A DNA stretch of 64,000 bases, from positions 86,800,001 through 86,864,000 of the forward strand of contig OZ024743.1 of the NCBI GenBank assembly GCA_964016885.1, written 5' to 3'. The position numbers were made by a program, and so were the translations under genes. The notes under the pieces were generated by a model that was not told the origin of the DNA, searched no databases, and saw nothing but the letters and a program-made list of their open reading frames with translations. Positions 54,037-64,000 of this stretch are shown in pieces. Numbering within the stretch: position 1 is the stretch's first letter; the number at the start of each line of letters is the position of its first letter. Source of the stretch: Eledone cirrhosa. Lineage: Eukaryota.

Positions 54037-54239
54037 CAGGATTAAATGTATGAGTAACTTTGATGAATTAATTACTTGCAGGGACAAATGTAGGGTTAGA
54101 ACCCAGGACCTTGTGATTGGAAGCTGAATTTCTTATTGTAATAACATAGCTGAGAGAGAAAATATATTCTTTGCAGGTAGGTGCTTGTCTGTGCATGCCA
54201 ATTTTAGAGTTACAGGCAAATATATCTCCCCCTCTCTAT

Positions 54240-54832
54240 GATCATCATCGTTTAACGTCCATTTTCCACGCTAGCATAGGTTAGACAGGTTATCCCATTT
54301 GAGGCAAGCGGGGTCATGTGACAACCGTATCTTGCTCACACAGAACTATTTCTGGCTTGGTTTCTACGGCTCGATGCCCTTCCTAACGTCAACCACATTT
54401 ACAGTATATGCTGTCGTGACACCTACACGATCACTTTACAGTGTGTACTGGATGGGTTTTGTCGTGACACCTCCATGACAACTTTACAGTGTGTGTTGGG
54501 TGCTTTTTGTCATGGTACCTACACGACCACTTTACAGCGTGGGCTGGTTGCTTTTTGTTGTGACATCTACATGACCACTTTACAGTGTGGACTGGGTACT
54601 TTTTGTTGTGACACCTACACGACCACTTTAGTGCGTGGGCTGGTTGCTTTTTGTTGTGACACCTACACGACCACTTTACAGTGTGTACTGGGTGCTTTTT
54701 ATCGTGACACCTACACGATCACTTTACAGTATGGACTGTGTACTTTTTGTTGTGACCTACACGACCACTTTACAGTGTATACTGGGTTATTTTTATCGTG
54801 ACACCTACACGGCCACTTTAAAGTGTGGGCTG
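54240..54832 (-). repeat. SINE-like repeat whose internal segment expanded into a ~48-bp minisatellite (~9 copies, 54393-54832)
   Basis: tttctacggctcgatgcccttcctaacgtcaaccac runs directly into cactttacagtgtg.actggg..cttttt.tcgtgacacctacacgac units. Confidence 0.8.
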
Positions 54833-54880
54833 TATATATAAATATACCACTAGGCGTATTAGTATAGTTGATTCCAAAAT

Positions 54881-55002
54881 AATTGTTTCTACTTTTGGCA
54901 CAAGGCCAGCAATAGCCCAGTACATTACTGGAACTTTATTTTACCGACCCCATAAGGATGAAAGGCAAAATTAACCTCGACGGGAGGTTAACTTTGCCTT
55001 TC
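54881..55002 (-). mobile_element. 5'-truncated Deu/Nin SINE with a terminal fold-back and TSD
   Basis: ttccaaaataat occurs at 54872-54883 and 55000-55011. Confidence 0.85.
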
Positions 55003-55279
55003 CAAAATAATATTACTGTGCTAGTCATCTCTTGGTATTTTATGTAAATATTCTCATGTTCTTTAATTCAAAGTGGGAAAATCCGGATTTCCACGGTGAA
55101 TATATCATTTAGTCACTTTCTAGAATTGTTCTCGTAAAATATGTTTTCTACAGCGCTCATTTGATGACGTCATCCATTTTATTGATTAAGTGTTTCACTG
55201 TTTTGTGTAAATATTGTCTGGTGGCTTAAGGATATTTTTCATCGAAAACAAAAGGTGTATATATATATATATATATACA

Positions 55280-56634
<1,355 letters not shown>

Positions 56635-56703
56635 GCTTCCAACAGTAATGGTAGCATTCTTTAAGGTTATGTCAATATTTATTTATAAAACTGATCTATA
56701 TTA

Positions 56704-56768
56704 TATTTTATCTGATGAAAGCACACCATAATTTAACTGGGTGTCCTTGAAATATGTATAATGAAATA
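56704..56768 (+). ncRNA. Diverged minimal hammerhead ribozyme
   Basis: CTGATGA-aagcacacc...ggtgtcctt-GAAA-tatgtat-a-atgaaata. Confidence 0.55.
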
Positions 56769-57053
56769 AATATGGTTTTTTAAATATAGTTTCCATTTGT
56801 TAATATCGTATTTTTACTACAAATATTTGTTGAGTGCTTTATATCAGTTATAAAAATATTTGCTTGTTGTATCCCAACAATTTAAATAGAACTCTTACAT
56901 ATATATATATATATATATATATGTAAAGTTATATTTAAAATTGTTGGGTTACAACTAGTAAATATTTATAACTGATATAAAAGCACTCGACAAATATTTG
57001 GAGTATATTTACAATATTAAATAAATGGAAAACTATATTTATAAAACCATATT

Positions 57054-57119
57054 TATTTCATTATATATATTTCGGGGATATCATATTAACAATATGCTAT
57101 GCCTTCATCAGACAAAATA
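57054..57119 (-). ncRNA. Minimal type I hammerhead ribozyme (inverted copy of 57274-57339)
   Basis: Exact reverse complement of 57274-57339. Confidence 0.72.
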
Positions 57120-57273
57120 CAATATAAACAGTTTTATAGATAAATATATTCGACATACCGTAATAAACATCAACTTCATTTGAAGAGGTTTACTCTAGCA
57201 GTAGATGAAGTTGATGAAGTTGATGTTTATTACGGTATGTCGAATATATTTATCTATAAAACTGTTTATATTG

Positions 57274-57339
57274 TATTTTGTCTGATGAAGGCATAGCATA
57301 TTGTTAATATGATATCCCCGAAATATATATAATGAAATA
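57274..57339 (+). ncRNA. Minimal type I hammerhead ribozyme
   Basis: Stem I tattttgt/atgaaata; CTGATGA; stem II gg.ata.catatt(gtt)aatatg.tat.cc; GAA; palindromic stem III ATATATAT; AUA triplet. Confidence 0.72.
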
Positions 57340-57382
57340 AATATGGTTTTATAAATATAGTTTTCCATTTATTTAATATTGT

Positions 57383-57413
<31 letters not shown>

Positions 57414-57420
<7 letters not shown>

Positions 57421-57613
57421 GTGAGGTTTTTTTTACAAAATGAAAAATAACCGAGGTGTCCTACACGAGTGAAAGTATAAAGAAAAAGAGATGAAATCGA
57501 AAATGCAACTGGAGTCTTATTTTTTTAAAAAATATATATATTTATTTGGTTCCTTTACCGGTTTCGCTGTTCTTCTGCTTTTCAAAAGGTGAGTTGAGAT
57601 GGAGGGTCTGTGG
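57414..57613 (-). mobile_element. Second copy of the 7349-7553 cassette, with the U3-A8 HHR at 57589-57552
   Basis: Minus strand reads cctt-TTGAAAA-gcagaagaacagc-GAAACCGGTA-aagg. Flanked by (TA)n on both sides. Confidence 0.7.
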
Positions 57614-57637
57614 CTTTATATATATATTTATATATAT

Positions 57638-57668
<31 letters not shown>

Positions 57669-57746
57669 CACGTATATATACATACATACAAACGCACGCA
57701 CACACACATATACATATATATATATACATGTGTCTGTCTGTGTGTC

Positions 57747-57848
<102 letters not shown>

Positions 57849-57853
57849 CATAT

Positions 57854-58564
57854 ATAGGAACGAGTAGGACCCCGACGGCTGAGCTCAAGCCGTTTCGACG
57901 GCTAATTTTGGACTAAATGAACATTTTTATCCTGGTATATGAATAGCCGAGCTTCTCAGGGGCTAATTCCATATATGGTAAAAGTTATTGTCACAAGGAT
58001 TGGTAAAAAGTTTGTTGTTGAGACACATAATTCTATCATGGCATTTTGTGGAAGGAAGGGGTAGCTGAACTTGCCAGTAGAAGAAAGAGGGAGAGGAAGT
58101 GGAGGAAACCCAATCGTGCTTTGATAGTGCCAACTACAACAGAATCCTAAGGATAAGAGGTCAAGAGAAGTATACTAGGGAGGGGGAGGACGTCGAAACA
58201 ATAAGTAAATCAATATGGAGTAAATATATAGAAAAATACCGAATATACTTCTCTTGACCTCTTATCCTTAGGATTCTGCTGTAGTTGGCACTATCAACGC
58301 ACGACTGGGTTTCCTTCACTCCCTCTCCCTCTTTCTTCTACTGGCAAGTTCAGCTACCCCTTCCCTCCACAAATTGTCATGATAGAATTATGTGTCTCAA
58401 CAACAAACTTTTGACCAATCCTTGTGACAATAACTTTTACCATATATGGAATTACCCCCTGAGAAGCTCGGCTATTCATGTACCAGGATTAAAATGTTCA
58501 TTTAGTCCAGAATTAGCCGTCGAAACGGCTTGAGCTCAGCCGTCGGGGTCCTACTCGTTCCTAT
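57854..58564. repeat. Fold-back with ~320-bp arms (57854-58174 and 58244-58564) and a 69-bp spacer
   Basis: The arms are reverse complements with roughly 15 differences by eye. Confidence 0.95.
58454..58549 (+). ncRNA. Extended type I hammerhead-like RNA (mirror copy at 57869-57964, -)
   Basis: Stem I acccc/ggggt; core CTGAGAA; long stem II; GAA; stem III acggct(tgagctc)agccgt; GUC triplet. Confidence 0.72.
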
Positions 58565-58632
58565 TAGCCACTCTACTACCCTAAGTATTGAGTACTTTGG
58601 TGCGTTATGGTCCACCTGGTTCCTTACCACAT

Positions 58633-58648
58633 TTCCTTCGTTACATAC

Positions 58649-58682
<34 letters not shown>

Positions 58683-58783
58683 ATGTGTGTATGTATATGA
58701 TATATCTATATATGTATACATCTCTCTCTCTCTATATATATATATGTAGGAAATATATATATATATATAGTAATAATAATAAA

Positions 58784-58860
<77 letters not shown>

Positions 58861-59292
58861 TATATATATGCGTACATATATACGTACGCACACACACACA
58901 CACGCGCATATAGTATATATATGTGTGTATGTGTTTGTGTGTGTGTGTATGTATGTGTGTGTGGTGTGTATGTATGTGTATGTGTGTGTGTGTGTATGTG
59001 TTTGTGTGTGTGTATGTATGTGTGTGTGGTGTGTGTGTATGTGTGTGTATGTGTATGTGTGTGTGTATGTGTGTGTGGTGTGTGTGTGAATGTGTGTGGG
59101 TGTGTGTGTTAAGAATGAATAATAACACACGAGAGAAAAAGAGAAGAAACAAAAAAAGTAGGAAAAGAAAACGTATTATCCGATCAGATTTTTTGTTTTA
59201 TTTACTACAGAGTTTAATTTACATATACATAAATATATACATAGATACACGCATACGCACACACACACACGCACATATATATGTAAATGCAT

Positions 59293-59348
<56 letters not shown>

Positions 59349-59401
59349 TATATGTTATAGAATGCTGTTAGCTTCTCGCTAAAACAATCTCTATACCTCT
59401 C

Positions 59402-59475
<74 letters not shown>

Positions 59476-59550
59476 TGTATATGAATATATATATGTATAT
59501 TGTATATATATATATTTATATATATATTGTATATGAATATATATATGTAT

Positions 59551-59624
<74 letters not shown>

Positions 59625-59644
59625 ATATGAATATATATATGTAT

Positions 59645-59697
<53 letters not shown>

Positions 59698-59950
59698 GCA
59701 TATATATATATATATATATACGCATATACATATATATATATATATATAAAATATGTATATATATATATATATATATATACATATATACACACATTTATAT
59801 GCATATATATATATATGCACATATATTATATTTATATATGCATATATGTATATATACATTCATATATATGTACATCTGTATATACATATATTTATATATA
59901 TATCTTCATGTATATATACTCGCGCGCGAGTGTACATGTATGCGTGATTA
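58633..59950. repeat. (TA)n/(TG)n microsatellite-rich tract
   Basis: Directly visible. Confidence 0.9.
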
Positions 59951-60205
59951 AAAATGGTTTTATTTTTACGAAATTCACGTTATTCAACAAAGACTCGTAG
60001 AATCTCGAAGATATGGCAATTACGAAGATGAGCAGAAGAATCTTAAACAATTTTTTGCATCGTATTCTTCTTTAAATTGTCGTAGAAAAAAATAACATAA
60101 AATAGAAAATGTAAAGTTTATTATTATTCATTTTTTTTTTAATTGTATAAGAAAATCGAGAATACAGAATATTAAGAATATGAACAAATCACAGAAGAAA
60201 AACAC

Positions 60206-60239
<34 letters not shown>

Positions 60240-60242
<3 letters not shown>

Positions 60243-60430
60243 TGTTTCTACTATTGGCACAAGGCCAGCAATTATCCCAGTACATTACTGGTACTTTATT
60301 TTATCGACCCCGTAAGGATGAAAGGCAAAGTTAACCTTGGCGGGATTTGAACTCAGACCATAAAGGGGCGTAACTCTATGCTGGAAAGCATGGTGTCCGA
60401 CCCTCTACCGATACCGCCAATTCACCGCCC
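60240..60430 (-). mobile_element. Full-length Deu/Nin SINE in (AAT)n
   Basis: Complete core and tRNA-like head (ggatttgaactcag...ccaattcaccgcc). Confidence 0.9.
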
Positions 60431-60457
60431 CGATAATATAATATAATAATAATAATG

Positions 60458-60501
<44 letters not shown>

Positions 60502-60804
60502 GCTTTCTTTATTAACCACAAGGGTTTACATAAAGTAGACATTAAGGACAGTACAGGACAGTACAGGACAATACAGGACGTACAATAATAATAATGGTAA
60601 TAATGGTAATAATGAGAGTAATAGTAATAATAGTTAATAATAAAAAGTAATATTTGTAAACATTAGTGCATATTGAAATTGATCTTGTCAGTTTTATTCA
60701 CTGACGAGAGATGCAAGATGCTTATATTGATGGGGTAGACCGAGAAATTCTTTCACAGATATTTAATCAGAAAGGAGAGATAAAAGAGAGAAGTTGATAT
60801 GGAA

Positions 60805-60807
<3 letters not shown>

Positions 60808-60862
<55 letters not shown>

Positions 60863-60952
60863 GAGAGAGAGGGAGAGAGAGAGAGAGGAAGAGAGAGAGG
60901 GAGGGGAAAGAGAGAGAGAGAGAGAGAGAGGGAGGAGAGAGAGAGAGAGAGC

Positions 60953-60983
<31 letters not shown>

Positions 60984-61038
60984 GCAGGGAGAGAGAGAGA
61001 GAGAGAGAGAAAGAGACAGCAGGAGAGAGCAAGAGAGA
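60808..61038. repeat. (GA)n microsatellite
   Basis: Directly visible. Confidence 0.95.
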
Positions 61039-61170
61039 ATTATATATACACACACACACATACACTCATTCATTATATAAATATATATGAATACACACAC
61101 AGACACACATATATATGTGAACGTGTGCGTGTATATCTGTATGTATGTTTGTATGTATTCATGCATGGAT

Positions 61171-61201
<31 letters not shown>

Positions 61202-61503
61202 AATACACATACATTCATACATAAATACATGCATATATACAAATGCACACGCATACAAACACACACACGCGCACGCACACGCACAAACACATATATATGT
61301 ATATGTACATATACAAACACATCGATATTACTAGTCATACAACATGTAATATCACCATTCAACTGAGTACTCAATACTGTAGAAATGTAGAGTGTACATA
61401 TTATTCATTATAACAGCAGTCAAGATACAACAGATTCGACAAGTTAGTTTGAACTATCGAACTGGTTTAACCTTGAACGTCGTGTATACTTACAATGAAT
61501 AAT

Positions 61504-61693
61504 AATTGTTTCTACTTTTGGCACAAGGCCAGCAATTTCCCAGTGTATTACTGGTACTTTATTTTATCGACCCCCGTAAGGATGAAAGGCAAAGTTAACC
61601 TCGGCGGGATTTGAACTCAGAATGGCAAGGGCCGTATATCTATGCGTCAAAGCATGGCGTCCGACCCTCTACCGATACTGCCAATTCACCGCC
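61504..61693 (-). mobile_element. Full-length Deu/Nin SINE with TSD
   Basis: cttacaatgaataataat occurs at 61489-61506 and 61694-61711. Confidence 0.93.
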
Positions 61694-61746
61694 CTTACAA
61701 TGAATAATAATGATTATATATATATATATATACATCCACATACACT

Positions 61747-62752
61747 TATATAATATAATATAATATAATATAATATAATATAATATAATATAATATAATA
61801 TAATATAATATAATATAATATAATATAATATAATATAAAATCATATATATAATATAATATAATATAATATAATATAATATAATATAATATAATATAATAT
61901 AATATAATATAATACAATATAATATAATACAATATAATATACTATAATATAATATAATATAATATAATATAATATAATATAATATAATATAATATAATAT
62001 AATATAATATAATATAATATAATACAATATAATATAATTTGATACAATATAATATACTATAATATAATATAATATAATATAATATAATATAATATAATAT
62101 AATATAATATAATATAATATAATATAATATAATATAATATAATATAATATAATATAATATAATATAATATAATATAATACAATATAATATAATATCATAT
62201 ATATATAATATAATATAATATAATATAATATAATACAATATAATATAATATAATATAATATAATATAATATAATATAATATAATATCATATAATATAATA
62301 TAATATAATATAATATAATATCATATATTATATTATATATAATATAATATAATATAATATAATATAATATAATATAATATAATATAATATAATATAATAT
62401 AATACAATATAATATAATATCATATATATATAATATAATATAATATAATATAATATAATATAATATAATACAATATAATATAATATAATATAATATAATA
62501 TAATATAATATAATATCATATATTATATTATATTATATATATATAATATAATATAATATAATATAATATAATATAATATAATATAATATAACATAATATA
62601 ATATAATATAATATAATATAATATAATATAATATAATATAATATAATATAATATAATACAATATAATATAATACAATATAATATAATATAATATAATATA
62701 ATACAATATAATATAATATAATATCATATATATATAATATAATATAATATAA
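61747..62752. repeat. (TATAA)n pentanucleotide array, ~1 kb
   Basis: Directly visible. Confidence 0.97.
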
Positions 62753-62764
62753 CACAAATCTCTC

Positions 62765-62856
<92 letters not shown>

Positions 62857-62909
62857 ATATATATGTATATATATGCGTAAATATATATGTATATATGTAT
62901 AAATGTATA

Positions 62910-62941
<32 letters not shown>

Positions 62942-62996
62942 GATATACATATATACATATATATATATGTATATATATGTATATATATGTATATAC

Positions 62997-63036
<40 letters not shown>

Positions 63037-63206
63037 CTATATATATACGTATATATATATATATATACACATATATATGTATATAGTCAGTGGGCTGGAA
63101 AAGTGAATGTGTAAAAGAGAATATATATATGCATGCATACATGCACACATATTCACACACACATATATATATGAAAACACATATATATCTATATATCTAC
63201 ATACAT

Positions 63207-63246
<40 letters not shown>

Positions 63247-63766
63247 GGATGTATGTCTATATATATATATATATACACACACACATATATATGTAATATA
63301 TATGAGAAGTTCATTCGAGTGAAAATGAATTTTTGCGAGCTTAAATTCTCGCATAATCAATACTAACCGTTATAATGTTATAGAAAACATTTTAAAGAGC
63401 AAAAATGAAAAAAAAAAAAAGAAGATAAATGAGAGTAATGTTAACAATGGTTATTGATTAATTTCTTCACAGAAATCGAAATATGAATCTCTTGATGGCA
63501 GATCAAAGGTGATGGGTATTAGAAACTATTCATGTAACACGCGACTGATAAGCGTTCATATAACAACAGCTTGGTAATGCTGAATTTAAGATGGTTAAAA
63601 TGAAAACCTAAAGATGTTTCCAATGTTAAAATGGTTAAGTTTTGCTAATCATGAAAAAGATCTGTGTTTCGATTCCCAATATTCTCGTCATATTTTTCAA
63701 TCGATATATATATATATATATATATATATGCATTTTCATATACATATACATAAACATATATATAAA

Positions 63767-63856
<90 letters not shown>

Positions 63857-64000
63857 GAATATAGTAATAATAGTAATACGAGATATGGTAGAAATGCAAG
63901 TTATTAGGTTAATGTTCTGGAGAAGTGAAAATGAGATAATTATGACGTCTCGGACTACGTCTTTCGTCGGAAAAATGAGAAAAGAATGGATGGAAGAGGG

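Overview
Repeat-saturated, AT-rich animal genomic DNA. The SINE families and extreme microsatellite load suggest an octopus or other coleoid cephalopod (inference). No intact host protein-coding gene can be supported, and nearly all long ORFs in the track are translations of simple or tandem repeats. Tandem repeats include 77-, 84/93-, 30-, 24- and 48-bp arrays and many microsatellites. Retroelements include about 17 copies of a tRNA-derived Deu/Nin-domain SINE, decayed RTE, CRE-like and R4/Dong-like LINEs, and a chimeric L1/Tx1 locus (ORF1-EN-RT joined to a second EN-RT). DNA transposons include a decayed full-length hAT element, MITEs and a Helitron end. The most interesting signal is absent from the ORF track: at least six unrelated (TA)n-anchored cassettes carry type I hammerhead ribozyme (HHR) motifs, often in fold-back arrangements. 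They include a U3-A8 core variant and an extended HHR with a true stem III, and they cluster at 55-58.6 kb next to a Penelope-like endonuclease remnant. All structures were read by eye, and boundaries of degenerate elements are approximate.
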